Of a stretch of DNA of 64,000 nt, positions 1 through 11,308 are shown one piece after another; positions within the stretch are counted from its first letter, which is position 1; each line of letters begins with the position of its first letter. The translations under genes were made by a program, and so were the position numbers. This DNA comes from Octopus sinensis (Eukaryota), in NCBI RefSeq assembly GCF_006345805.1, contig NC_043000.1:1426001-1490000 (forward strand), in the 5' to 3' direction. Below the pieces are notes generated by a model, which was not told where the DNA came from, searched no databases, and worked only from the letters and a program-made list of their open reading frames with translations.

Positions 1-212
1 GCAATTAAAGGTAATTTTTCTGTCAAGTGTGACACTCAGAAAGTCCTGCAGGCTGCAGTTTTGCCCATGACTGCCATAGAGTCTCTCTCAGCCTGCATAC
101 AAACTTCATTGGTTCTGGTGGTTGTGGTAGAGAAGATTTGTGGTGATGGCTATGATAGTTTTGTTGTTGTTGTTGTTGCTGCTGCTTCAGGAAACGATTA
201 ATGTTTTTTCAG

Positions 213-340
213 GTGATGTAAAGGAGATGGACCAGCGACATAAATATGTTGGATTATGTGGGCTTTACGTTCTCTACACTCAGATATTTCGTGTGGTTGA
301 CAAGAAACTTTTTAAAGCAGTTTGGGACGTTTACAAAAAG
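213..340 (+). CDS. WASHC4: WASHC4 coding exon (1st in window)
   Basis: ttttcAG|gt...aag|GTaaat; (G)DVKEMDQRHKYVGLCGLYVLYTQIFRVVDKKLFKAVWDVYKK matches recalled human WASHC4 [43 protein letters not shown]. Confidence 0.95.
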
Positions 341-659
341 GTAAATTTTCTATAACTTTTGTTTTTGTTTTTCATTTTTGCTGTTGAAACAAACAGGCAC
401 AGGGCATAGCAGTGTGTTTAAGAAGCTGGTTTGGGGTTCAGTCCCACTCTAAGACACCTTAGATAAATGTCTTCTACTATAGCCTTAGGCTGACCAGTAC
501 CTTGTGGAAGAATATGGTAGATAGGAGTTGTGTGGAAGGCCATCATACACACACACACACACACATACACACTCATAAACTACATGTGATCTATAGTCCA
601 GCACCCTTACCTCATTTTCTTTGTTGTTTTTTGTTAACCTTTCTTTTATTTAACCGTGG

Positions 660-1045
660 AGGCACAATGGCCCAGTGGTTAGGGCAGCGGACTCGCAGTC
701 ATAGGATCATGGTTTCGATTCCCAGACCGGCCTTTTGAGTGTTTATTGAGCGAAAACACCTAAAAGCTCCACGAGGCTCTGGCAGGGGATGGTGGTGATC
801 CCTGCTGTACTCTTTCACCACAACTTTCTCTCACTCTTACTTCCTGTTTCTGTTGTACCTGTATTTCAAGGGGCCAGCCTTGTCACTCTCTGTGTCACGC
901 TGAATATCCCCGAGAACTACGTTAAGGGTGCACGTGTCTGTGGAGTGCTCAGCCACTTACGTTAATTTCACGAGCAGGCTGTTCCATTGATCGGATCAAC
1001 CGGAACCCTCGTCGTCGTAACCGACGGAGTGCTTCCATCCATCCA
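660..1045 (+). mobile_element. SINE family C (tRNA-like head); near-identical copy 60634-61008
   Basis: tggcccagtggttagggcagcggactcgc...ggtttcgattccc head; tail ccctcgtcgtcgtaaccgacggagtgc(ttcc/atcc)n. Confidence 0.85.
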
Positions 1046-1284
1046 TTTATTTAACTGTTCTGTTAACTAATCATAGCAATCCCTAATCCACCCACACATC
1101 AAAATAACAAAATCCACACAATTTCTACAATGTACCATGTTCTAAATCTCATTTTGTTGCCATGATATAACCAGCTATAAATAACAAGACTTACCACAAT
1201 AGTCCTCAACTGGAACACATGTTATTATTACAATGTATCCTATACTAAGCCTCACACAGTTACCAAAATATTTTTTATTTATTT

Positions 1285-1590
1285 ATTTATGCGCCCTTTT
1301 GAAGCCTAGCCAGGGTCATGGGCCCAGTTTCCCGGTTTCTATGGCGTATGTGTTCTCCCCAGCTGGACGGGACGCCAGTCCATCGCAGCGTTACTCAAGA
1401 AACAGGAAGAAAAAGTGAGAGAAAGTTGGGGCAAAAGAGTACAACAGGAGTCGCCACCACCCCGTCGGAGCCTCGTGGGTCTTTAGGTATTTTTGCTCAA
1501 TAAACACTCACAACGCCTGGTCTGGGAATTGAAACCGCGATCTTCTGACTGCGAGTCCACTACCCTAACCACTGAGCAATTGCGCCTCCA
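1285..1590 (-). mobile_element. SINE with family-C-like head and V-domain-like body; related copy 32735-33032 (-)
   Basis: - strand gatggactggcgtcccgtccag resembles the V-SINE domain; head shared with family C. Confidence 0.6.
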
Positions 1591-1924
1591 CTACCAAAAT
1601 ATACCCTATACTAAAACCCATGAAGGTACCATGATATACCTGAACCAAAACCCCACAAACTACCACAATATACCTTGTCCTAGACTCTCCATATATACAC
1701 AGTTACCAAAATAATCCTTGCACTAAACCCTACTCTCATTAAACCCCAGACAGTCACCACAATATACTATGTACTAAACTCCAACAGTTATCACAATATA
1801 CCCTGTACTAAGCCCCTACACAGCTAACACAATCTTTTGAACTAGGAACACTCTAACCAGCCACAACAAAAGGCTCCATCCCTCCTCTTTACACTAACAT
1901 CTCTCTGCTGTCTTAATCATGCAG

Positions 1925-2085
1925 GTACCTGCTGTACACCTTGTTGGCAATGTAGTGTGGATCCCCAGTGACTTCCTGTTAAACAATATCCCAGACACTG
2001 CACAGGCTATTGACAAGAAAGCTCTATTAGTGGTACGAGGTCATTGCTCCACTTGGCTGCAACAAAAGAACCAGATCCTCACCAG
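1925..2085 (+). CDS. WASHC4: WASHC4 coding exon 2 in window
   Basis: tgcAG|gta...ag|GTaac; VPAVHLVGNVVWIPSDFLLNNIPDTAQAIDKKALLVVRGHCSTWLQQKNQILT(R) vs human [23 protein letters not shown]...FLQQKAQSLTK. Confidence 0.93.
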
Positions 2086-2460
2086 GTAACATAACAATTT
2101 CTTCCTTCTTTGTTCTAAACTCACCTTCTGTTTCTTTGATCAAATGCAATTGCTAAATGAACTATACATTAATAATTCACTCCTATTTCATTTATACTTT
2201 ACCTGTAGTGAACAGGTGATAGATTTTAATGACAATGCCTATGTGCAGTTGCTGCACTTCTACTGTACTGATACTGTAAATTCCACCAAACATCTATTGT
2301 ACTTGCTGTTGATGCACTGATAGTGCACATTTCATGTACTAATAATGTACAGTTACTGCATTTCTATTTCTGCCTTTCTATCTAACTGTGCATAAAAGCA
2401 CATATACGCGTATGTTTTTTTCACACTGGAAACTTACATATATCTATGTGTCGGTATGTA

Positions 2461-2690
2461 TGGCGAGCTGCCAGAAATGTTAGCACGCTGGACGAAATGC
2501 TTAGCGGTATTTCGTCTGCCGTTACGTTCTGAGTTCAAATTCCGCCGAGGTCGACTTTGCCTTTCATCCTTTCGGGGTCGATTAAATAAGTACCAGTTAC
2601 GCACTGGGGTCGATATAATTGACTTAATCCGTTTGTCTGTCCTTTTTTGTCCTCTCTGTGTTTAGCCCCTTGTGGGTAGTAAAGAAATAG
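2461..2690 (+). mobile_element. SINE family B (tRNA-like head, Deu/Nin-like domain)
   Basis: gagttcaaattcc B box; aggtcgactttgcctttcatcctttcggggtcgattaaataagtaccag resembles the recalled Deu/Nin central domain. Copies 3685-4087(+), 10168-10745(+, tandem), 50087-50500(-, tandem), 51545-51770(-), 52605-52835(-). Confidence 0.8.
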
Positions 2691-4424
2691 AAATTGAGTA
2701 ACAATTTTCACTACTGCAAACCCATCCAACCCATGGTAGCATATTAAAACAATGAAAATTTAAATGGTTTTTAATGCTGGACATTGAAGTAGGTAACCAG
2801 CTCTCTGCTGGTTATGATGACAGGTGTTCCAGTTGATCCGATCAGCAGAACAGCCTGCTCAGGAAATTAATATGCAAGTGGCTGAGCACTCCACAAATGT
2901 GTACCCTTAACGTAGTTCTTAAGGAGATTCAGCATGACACCAAATGTGACAAAGCTGGCCCTTTGAAATACAGTTACAATTCATTTTTGCCAGCTGAATG
3001 AATTGGAAAAACATGAAGTAATGTGTCTTGCTTAAGGACATGATGTGCCACCCAGAATCAAATCCATGGCTTTATGGTCATGAGCTAAATATTCCTAACA
3101 ACTAAACTACACACTTTCACTTGAAGTAGATAAGGCTATAAATAATAGCATGTGGAATATTGGGTTTTAAAAAATCCTAGATACAAAAATGTCAAAGGCT
3201 GTCTGTGGGACTCAAACCTACACCTATGAACATTATAATAGTTTCACATCTGGCATATTTACAGAAGATGTGAGTTCAAGTCCCAGAGACAGTCTTCAAC
3301 TTTTTTTCTATCCAAAGGGTTTTTTAACCCAACATCTTACATGCTGTTATTTATAGCTTGATCTACTTTGAGTTCCACTATTAAAAACTGTTTATTTTAT
3401 CTCTTGAAGTTTTAAACTTCTTATGTCATAAACAGATTTTGGATCATAATCTCTAGGAATTCTAACAGCCCTTAGCATGGATTCAGGTTTGATGTCATAA
3501 ACTTAAAGATAACTCAATATTACTTATTAATTTCAGGTTTTCTTTTAAAATGTGTCTATGCATGTTTGCATGCATTTAAAATTTATGTTTAATGAAATAC
3601 AAAGTTTCAATTGATTGAATCGACTTCTTTAGTCCCTGAGCCTTTAATCCAAGAAAGAGCAATCTTTGTCTAACTGATTCAGGTCGTTTGAAGTTTGAAT
3701 TCCGCTGAGGTCGACTTTGCCTTTCATCCTTTTCGGGGTTGATAAATTAAGTACCAGTTACGCACAGGGGTCGATGTATTCGACTTAATCCCTTTGTCTG
3801 TCCTTGTTTGTCCCCTCTATGTTTAGCCCCTTGTGGGCAATATAGAAATAAGGTGGCGAGCTGGCAGAAATGTTAGCATGCCAGGCGGAATGCTTAGCAG
3901 TATTTCGTCTGCCGTTACGTTCTGAGTTCAAATTCCACCGAGGTCGACTTTGCCTTTCATCATTTACAGGGTCGATAAATTAAGTACTAGTTACGCACTG
4001 GGGTCGATGTATTCGACTTAATCCCTTTGTCTGTCCTTGTTTGTCCCCTCTATGTTTAGCCCCTTGTGGGCAATATAGAAATAAGAAACTGAATGAAGAT
4101 CATCACTCGTAGGTCATGTAATGAAAGTGACCATTTTTAAGTTCAAAGAAAACATTGAATCAATTGAAACATTCCATTCTTTGTCACACCAAAACCATTG
4201 CAAAGTTCATGTAATTCTATTTTGATTTTATTTGTTTTTTTTATTTTATTTCTTTTTATCTTACCATAGGAAGAGGTCAGTACACAATTTTTGCTCTCTT
4301 TGTCTTTCCATACTTTAACTGTCTGTCTTTCTTGTTGACAAATACACACCTCAATAAACACTCTCTAGCAACCCATTACTGTATGGTATCCCTCAAAACA
4401 GAATAGTCTGAAAATTATATACAT

Positions 4425-5045
4425 GTCATCATCATCATCATCATCATCATCATCGTTTAGCGTCCGTTTTCCATGCTAGCATGGGTTGGACGGTTCTACT
4501 GGGGTCTGTGAAGCCGGAAGGCTTCATCAAGCCTAGTCAGATCTGGCAGTGTTTCTACGGCTGGATGCCCTTCCTAACGCCAACCACTCTGTGAGTGTAG
4601 TGGATGCTTTTTACGTGCCACCCGCACAGGTGCCAGACAAAGCTGGCAAACGGCCACGAACGGATGGTGCTTTTTATGTGCCACCGGCACGGGGGCCAGG
4701 CGAGGCTGGCAACAGCCACAAACGGATGGTGGTTTTTACGTGCCACCGGCATGAGGCCAGTCGGGGCGGCGCTGGCAACGGTCAGGAACGGATGGTTCTC
4801 TTACATGCCACCGGCACTGGTAACACATCTGTAATTTCCATTGATCGATTTCGATTCTGATCCTCACTTGCCTCAACAGGTCTTCACAAGTAGAGTTTTG
4901 TGTCCCAAGAAGGGAAGGCATGCATACGTAGGCTGGCTCCATCCCATGTAGAAGGCCACGGGTTATGGTCTCACTTGTCCTGCCGGGTCTTCTCGCGCAC
5001 AGCACACTTCCAGAGGTCTCGGTCTCTAGTCATTTCCTCATTTCC
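4425..5045 (-). mobile_element. RTE-like LINE 3' end (ORF terminus, repeat-rich 3' UTR, (GAT)n tail); most abundant LINE remnant here
   Basis: - strand EEMTRDRDLWKCAVREKTRQDK*; shared core ggagtggttggcgttaggaagggcatccagc. Further copies near 6350-6680(-), 12266-12542(-), 14175-14395(+), 15810-16240(+), 28285-28660(+), 32208-32600(-), 38262-38520(+), 40865-41180(-), 42485-42812(+), 42965-43340(+), 47178-47312(+), 53028-53255(-), 54250-54510(+), 58470-58650(+). Confidence 0.75.
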
Positions 5046-5503
5046 TCAGAGTATTTATATCAATTTGGAATACGCTTCATATATTATTAACTTTTCAGAT
5101 GTCCAAATCACTCTACAATCATCCTTCTATGACTTTCTCGTTGTTACTTTATTTTTCTCATTATTGAATTGTAAACAGAAAATCCATCTTTTTTGCATTA
5201 ATGGGTAAAGACTGAAACATCGCCAATCAGTGCTAATTACATAAACTGAGATGTTTTCCAAATACACTTTGACCATTAGTTACAACTGAAATTAGGGAGG
5301 CAACAAAACATCTTGGTCCTTTTATTGATTTTAGGAATACTCTGTGTGTGTGTGTGAAAGAGAGAGAGAGAGAGAGAGAGATCATAAAGGAAAGGGACTT
5401 GAAATTCAGGCAGGTACCCTATGAGCACTCTGATACTATTCAGTTCTGGCTAACCACTTTGGATGGCAGGGAACATTCAGAATTGTTTAAGAAAGATAAT
5501 TAA

Positions 5504-5949
5504 CCCTTTCGTTACTGTATATATTTTGAGATGCTCTGTGTTTCTTTCAATCAATTTTAACCCTTTAGCATTTAAACCGGCCATATCCGGCCAAAAGTAT
5601 TCTACCTGTTTTATGTTCAAACTGGCCAGATCTGGTCTCTCACACCAGCCCTACAATATCGTTTTAAAAATTAACAGCTACCTCATCAAAATCTCAAAGC
5701 TACAAAATAATTCATGATTAGTTCAAGGCAATGTGGATGAAAAAGCATTAATTTTGGCAGAATAATGCGAACACTAAAGGGTTAAATATAACAAAGAATT
5801 TAGTAAAATAACTTTGTTATCATTAAGCTAGTTTTAGGAACATAAATTGTGACTAAAGTTTGGTGGAAGATTTTAATTCAAAACTTATGAAAACAAGACA
5901 TTTATACTCAGAGCTAGAACCGATTTCAGCCAGGTTGGTAACGAAAGGG
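5504..5949. mobile_element. piggyBac-like MITE (type 1) with a nested type 2 MITE at 5561-5781
   Basis: TTAA|CCCTTTCGTTAC...GTAACGAAAGGG|TTAA; inner TTAA|CCCTTTAG...CTAAAGGG|TTAA. Un-nested type 1 copies 46479-46698 and 52168-52386. Confidence 0.85.
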
Positions 5950-6141
5950 TTAAGAAAGACAATTAAACTGTACTTCACTCGATAGGTAAATCCTGAGTTC
6001 ATTTCATTGGATTTCATGCAGCATACAAAGTAACTAATCAAGAATCATTATAAAGAATGCAGAATTATACATTCTATTACTCTTTTATTTGCTTCAGTCA
6101 TTTGACTATGGCCATGTTGGAGCACCTCCTTGAAATTAATG

Positions 6142-6213
6142 TTCCCTTGCCAGGAGTCAAACCTAGGCCGCCTGGGTGAAAGCCAGGAATCCTAACCACT
6201 TGACCACATGGGA
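6142..6213 (-). pseudogene. tRNA-Glu(TTC) pseudogene, probably retroposed
   Basis: TCCCATGTGGTCAAGTGGTTAGGATTCCTGGCTTTCACCCAGGCGGCCTAGGTTTGACTCCTGGCAAGGGAA; anticodon stem CCTGG/CCAGG, loop CTTTCAC; T-loop TTTGA (C56>T); one acceptor-stem mismatch. Confidence 0.75.
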
Positions 6214-6779
6214 CCACCTCTTCAAAATTTAGTCATTAAGATATTTTTCATTAAATTCCAATCTGACATATTTCTGTTGGATAAATGTCCTAATGTCCTC
6301 TGATGTAGCAGTTATATGCATTTAGTTCACTCATTTGCAGTATATATTCATCATCATCATCATTTAATGTCCGCTTTCCATGCTAGCATGGGTTGGACAA
6401 TTTGACTGAGGACTGGCGAACCAGATGGTTGCACCAGGCTTCAATCTTGATCTGGCTGAGTTTCTACAGCTGAAGCCCTTCCTAACGCCAACCACTCTGA
6501 GAGTGTAGTGGGTGCTTTTACGTGCCACCGGCACGAGAACCAGTTAGGCGGTACTGGCAACGGCCATGAAAAAATCGTGTTTTTTTTACATGTCACCTGC
6601 ACACCGGCACAGGTGCCAGTAAGGTAACACTGGTAATGATCACTTGTAGTTGGTGCTTTTCCAAGGTAGATATTCTTATGCAACTTTCTTCAAGGTGTTA
6701 CCCATATGGGTGGGTGCAGCTGTATGGCTAACACCTTGAAGAAAGCAGCATAGGAATATCTACCTTGGATGTATACATA

Positions 6780-7185
6780 CAGGAGTGGCTGTGTGGTAAG
6801 TAGCTTGCTAACCAACTACATGGTTCCGGGTTCAGTCCCACTGCGTGGAACCTTGGGCAAGTGTTTTCTACTATAGCCTCGGGCCGACCAAAGCCTTGTG
6901 AGTGGATTTGGTAGATGGAAACTGAAAGAAGCCCATCGTATATATGTATATATATGCGTGTGTGTGTTTGTGTGTCTGTGTTTGTCCCCCTAGCATTGCT
7001 TGACAACCGATGCTGGTGTGTTTATGTCCCCGTTACTTAGCGGTTCAGCAAAAGAGACCGATAGAATAAGTACTGGGCTTACAAAAAGAATAAGTCCCGA
7101 GGGCGAGTTGCTTGATTAAAGGCGGTGCTCCAGCATGGCCGCAGTCAAATGACTGAAACAAGTAAAAGAGAAAAAGAGAGAGTCC
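6780..7185 (+). mobile_element. SINE family A (tRNA-like head, CORE-like segment, internal (TA)n(TG)n, LINE-like tail)
   Basis: A box tggctgtgtggt, B box ggttcagtccc, accttgggcaagt, tail ggcggtgctccagcatggccgcagtcaaatgactgaaacaag(taaaagag)n. Other copies about 396-570(+), 7705-8105(-), 9563-9975(+), 11075-11460(-), 14395-14540(-), 17075-17475(-), 30500-30900(+), 33262-33700(+), 39845-40010(+), 46965-47490(-), 49630-50030(-), 51355-51540(+), 55460-55870(-), 59997-60420(+), 63825-64000(-). Confidence 0.88.
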
Positions 7186-8299
7186 AGTGCACCTAGGTCT
7201 TGCTCAGCCATTATACATTAAAGCAACAAGAGTAATCTTCATATATGTGTGTGTGTGTGTGTGTGTATGAGTGTAAGCATGCTTCAAACTTAACGTTACG
7301 ATTTTACACATAGGTAGCTGAAATTTTGCATAAGTGCTTACTTTTTTCAAGGAGACAGTTATGGGATCTTTGACTTTTTTCAGTAACATGAAAAGAAAAA
7401 AATCTTAAATATATTAATAGCAAAGGGTGTATACCCACTGTAGAAATTGTTTTTGAAATGAAGAAGGAAAAATGAAAGAGTTAAATGGAGGTGAAGGAGA
7501 ATGCCAAACAGAATTGCCTTCAAGAAGCTAGGACTAGAAAATAAACAGCAGAAAAGAAAAAGTGGCAAATTTAAGAAAGAACATTTGAATAGATTTAGAA
7601 TCCCGACTTAGTTGTCTTGATGAACAGAATGTCTCTAATATGTGCACATTGTGGAGCAAAAAAGTAGAAAACAGAAGTTCTAGGTATGTGCTGTTTAAAT
7701 GGTATACTCTTTTACTTGTTTCAGTCATTTGACTGTGGCCATGCTGGAGCACCGCCTTTAGTCGAGCAAATCGACCCCAGGACTTATTCTTTGTAAGCCT
7801 AGTACTTATTGTATCGGTCTCTTTTGCCGAACCGCTAATTTACGGGGACGTAAACACACCAGCATCAGTTGTCAAATGATGTTGTGGGGGAGAGGAAAAA
7901 CACAGACACACAAACACACACACGCATATATATATATATATACATATACACGACGGGCTTCTTTCAGTTTCCGTCTACCAAATCCACTCACAAGGCTTTG
8001 GTCGGCCCAAGGCTATAGCAGAAGACCCTTGCCCAAGGTGCCACGCAGTGGGACTGAACCTGGAACCATGCGGTTGGTAAGCAAGCTACTTACCACACAG
8101 CCACGGTAAAATTACAACTATATGAATATTTCCAGAGCATTGATATAGTTTAAAGGAAGTACAACAGAATCGAACAACTTCATTTCCCAAGCAAATTGGT
8201 TCAAATCTTGCTGCAGATTGCTTCTTTTGGGGCTGCTGAGATTGATAAAGGAGGATGGATGTCTACATTCAAAATACAGGCACTTGTGTATCATTGTCT

Positions 8300-8800
8300 T
8301 CATCATCATCATCATCGTTTAACGTCCGCTTTCCATGCTAGCATGGGTTGGACGGTTCAACTGGGGTCTGGGGAGCCAGAAGGCTGCACCAGGCCCAGTC
8401 TGATCTGGCAATGTTTCTACAGCTGGATGCCCTTCCTAACGCCAACCACTCCATGAGTGTAGTGGGTGATTTTATGTGCCACCGACACAGGTGCCAGATG
8501 AGGCTGGCGAACGGCCACGCTCGGATGGTGTTTTTTATGTGCCACCGACACAAGTGCCAGACGAGGCTGGCAGACGGCCACGCTCGGATGGTGTTTTTTT
8601 TTATGTGCCACTGACACAGGTGCCAGACGAGGCTGGCGAACGGCCACGATCGGATGGTGTTTGTTACGTGCCCACAGCACGGAGGCCAGTTGATGCGGTA
8701 CTGGCTACGGCCACGTTCGGATGGTTTTCTTATGTGCCACCGGCACTGGTACCACAAAGATACAAATTCCATTGATGTTCATCTATTATGATTTGGTTTG
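8300..8800 (-). mobile_element. RTE-like 3' UTR copy with 3 x ~63-bp VNTR units
   Basis: units tttttatgtgccaccgacacaggtgccagacgaggctggcgaacggccacgctcggatggtg. Confidence 0.8.
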
Positions 8801-9088
8801 TCCATACTGACATGGGTCGGATAGTTTAACCCTTTAGCATTTAAACAAGCCATATCTGGTCCAAATATTCTACCTGCTTCATGTTAAAACTGGCCAGATC
8901 AAGTATCTCACACCTGCCCTACAATGTCATTCTGAGGAGAAGCAGTCTCAACATCAGAATCTTGAAGCTACAAGATAATGCCTGATTAATACAGTTCTAT
9001 ATTTAAGAGATGAGGAATTATGTACATTATTTATATTATTTACATTATTTACATTCAATGGATATTTGTCCTCATCTTGTTTGTTGTT

Positions 9089-9134
9089 AACACAACGTTT
9101 CGGCTGATATACCCTCCAGCCTTCATCAGGTGTT
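9089..9134 (-). ncRNA. Putative minimal type I hammerhead ribozyme
   Basis: aacac CTGATGA a ggctg gagggtatat cagcc GAAAC GTT gtgtt: stem I 5 bp, stem II 5 bp, palindromic AACGTT stem III. Confidence 0.65.
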
Positions 9135-9411
9135 TTGGGAAAATTTCGAACCTGGGTTCTCATTCCTAAGGTATTTTTCAATGTTACTGTTATTGTTCTT
9201 AACCACTACGCCGTATGCCCACGGGCATATGGTGTAGTGGTTAAGAGCGCTGGCTACTAACCCCAGGATACCGAGTTCGATTCCAAGCAGTGACCTGAAC
9301 AATAACAATAATAATAATAACAGTAATAATAATAATAATAATAATAATAGTAATAATAATGACATCGAAAAATACCTTAGGAATGAGAACCCAGGTTCGA
9401 AATTTCCTCAA

Positions 9412-9457
9412 GTCACCTGAAGAAGACTGGAGGGTATATCAGCCGAAACGTTGTGTT
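9412..9457 (+). ncRNA. Second (sense) hammerhead copy, partly degenerate
   Basis: gtcac CTGAAGA a gactg gagggtatat cagcc GAAAC GTT gtgtt; one stem II mismatch, stem I 3 bp. Confidence 0.5.
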
Positions 9458-11274
9458 AACAGCAAACAAGATGAGGACAAATATCCATCGAATGTAAATA
9501 ATGTAAATGCCTGATTAATTCAAAACAACATGAATAAATGTGCATTACATTTGACAGAGTAGGCACAGGAGCGGCTGTGTGGTAAGTAGCTTGCTTACCA
9601 ACCACACAGTTCCGGGTTCAGTCCCACTGCGTGGCACCTTGGGCAAGTGTCTTCTACTATAGCCTCGGGCCGACCAAAGCCTTGTGAGTGGATTTGGTAG
9701 ACGGAAATTGAAAGAAGCCTGTCGTATATATATGTATATATATATGTGTGTGTGTGTTTGTGTGTCTGTGTTTGTCTCCCCAACATCGCTTGACAACCGA
9801 TGCTGGTGTGTTTACGTCCCCGTAACTTAGCGGTTCGGCAAAAGAGACCGATAGGATAAGTACTGGGCTTACAAAGAATAAGTCCTGGGGTCGATTTGCT
9901 TGACTAAAAAGGCGGTGCTCCAGCATGGCCACAGTCAAATGACTGAAACAAGTAAAAGAGAAAAAGAGAGAAAGAGAGAGTAATCTGATTGCTAAAGGGT
10001 TAACAGGATCCAATAGCTTAGAGGACTGCACTGTGCTCTTGAATCTGTTTCAACATGGTTCTGCAGCTGGATGCCCTTCCTGAGACTAATCACTTTTCAG
10101 AATGTACTTGGTACTTTTTTTTCTTAGCATCAGTGCCAATGAGGTTGCCATGTTACTTACAAGACTAAGGCGGCGAGCTGGCAGAAATGTTAGCACGCCG
10201 GGCGAAATGCTTAGCAGTATTTCGTCTGCCACTACATTCTGAGTTCAAATTCCACCGAGGTCGACTTTGCCTTTCATCCTTTCAGGGTCGATTAAATAAG
10301 TACCAGTTATGCACTGGGGTCGATATAATCGACTTAATCCCTTTGCCTGTCCTTGTTTGTCCCCTCTGTGTTTAGTAAAGAAATAGGTATTTCGTCTGCC
10401 ACTACATTCTGAGTTCAAATTCCACCAAGGTCGACTTTGCCTTTCATCCTTTCAAGGTCGATTAAATAAGTACCAGTTATGCACTGGGGTCGATATAATC
10501 GACTTAATCCCTTTGCCTGTCCTTGTTTGTCCCCTCTGTGTTTAGTAAAGAAATAGGTATTTCGTCTGCCACTACATTCTAAGTTCGAATTCCACCAAGG
10601 TCGACTTTGCCTTTCATCCTTTCAGGGTCGATTAAATAAGTACCAGTTACACACTGGAGTCAATATAATTGACTTAATCCATTTGTCTGTCCTTGTTTGT
10701 CCCTTGTATGTGTAGCCCCTTGTGGGCAGTAAAGAGTAAGAAATAAGACTAACATCCCCTTTAAGTGAGTGAAGCTGTAGTAGAGAGGGAAACAGCTTTA
10801 TGCTATTTGATGAAAGGTTAAAGTATGAAAGAAAAGACTGAACATTAAATGATGATGGTATTGGCAACAGCAATGGTAAGGATGACAAGGACAATGATGA
10901 ATGTATACAGTCATTACATAAAGTCACCTCTTTCACATTTCAATGCTGACCACAAATACTTGCAGATATACTGCATGGGGGACAAATGTGAACAGACCTG
11001 GCAATTTTGTAACAACCTACCAGCTGTTTCTGAGGAAGTCGTCTTCGATATTCAGGAAATATTATATCTTTCATCTTTTCTCTTTTACTTGTTTCGGTCT
11101 TTAGACCGTGGCCATGCCAGAGCACCACCTTGGAAAATTTTCTAGTCAACTGAATCGACCCCAGTATTTATTTTCTTTTTAAGCCTGGTACTTACTGTAT
11201 CAAACTCTTTTGCCAAACCACTAAGTCATGGGGATGTAAGTACACCAACACTAGTTGTCATGTGGTGGTAAGAG

Positions 11275-11308
<34 letters not shown>

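Larger units (their letters stand above)
8991..9505 (-). mobile_element. Palindromic tRNA-headed, hammerhead-bearing element (Penelope-like/retrozyme-like, non-autonomous) with 14-bp TSD
   Basis: direct repeat aatgcctgattaat at 8977-8990 and 9506-9519; two arms diverging from 9221-9222; A box 9230-9240, B box 9273-9284, (AAT)n, CTGA[T/A]GA...GAAACGTT in both arms. Confidence 0.75.
8830..9999. mobile_element. piggyBac-like MITE (type 2) interrupted by the hammerhead element and a SINE A; intact copies 35759-35978 and 62416-62636
   Basis: TTAA|CCCTTTAG ... CTAAAGGG|TTAA termini; internal sequence resumes after each insertion. Confidence 0.82.

Noticed and set aside
660-735. tRNA genes at SINE heads (also 2461, 6780, 9223, 60634, 61632)
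   Set aside because: A and B boxes are present, but the cloverleaves are incomplete and each is followed by a SINE body.
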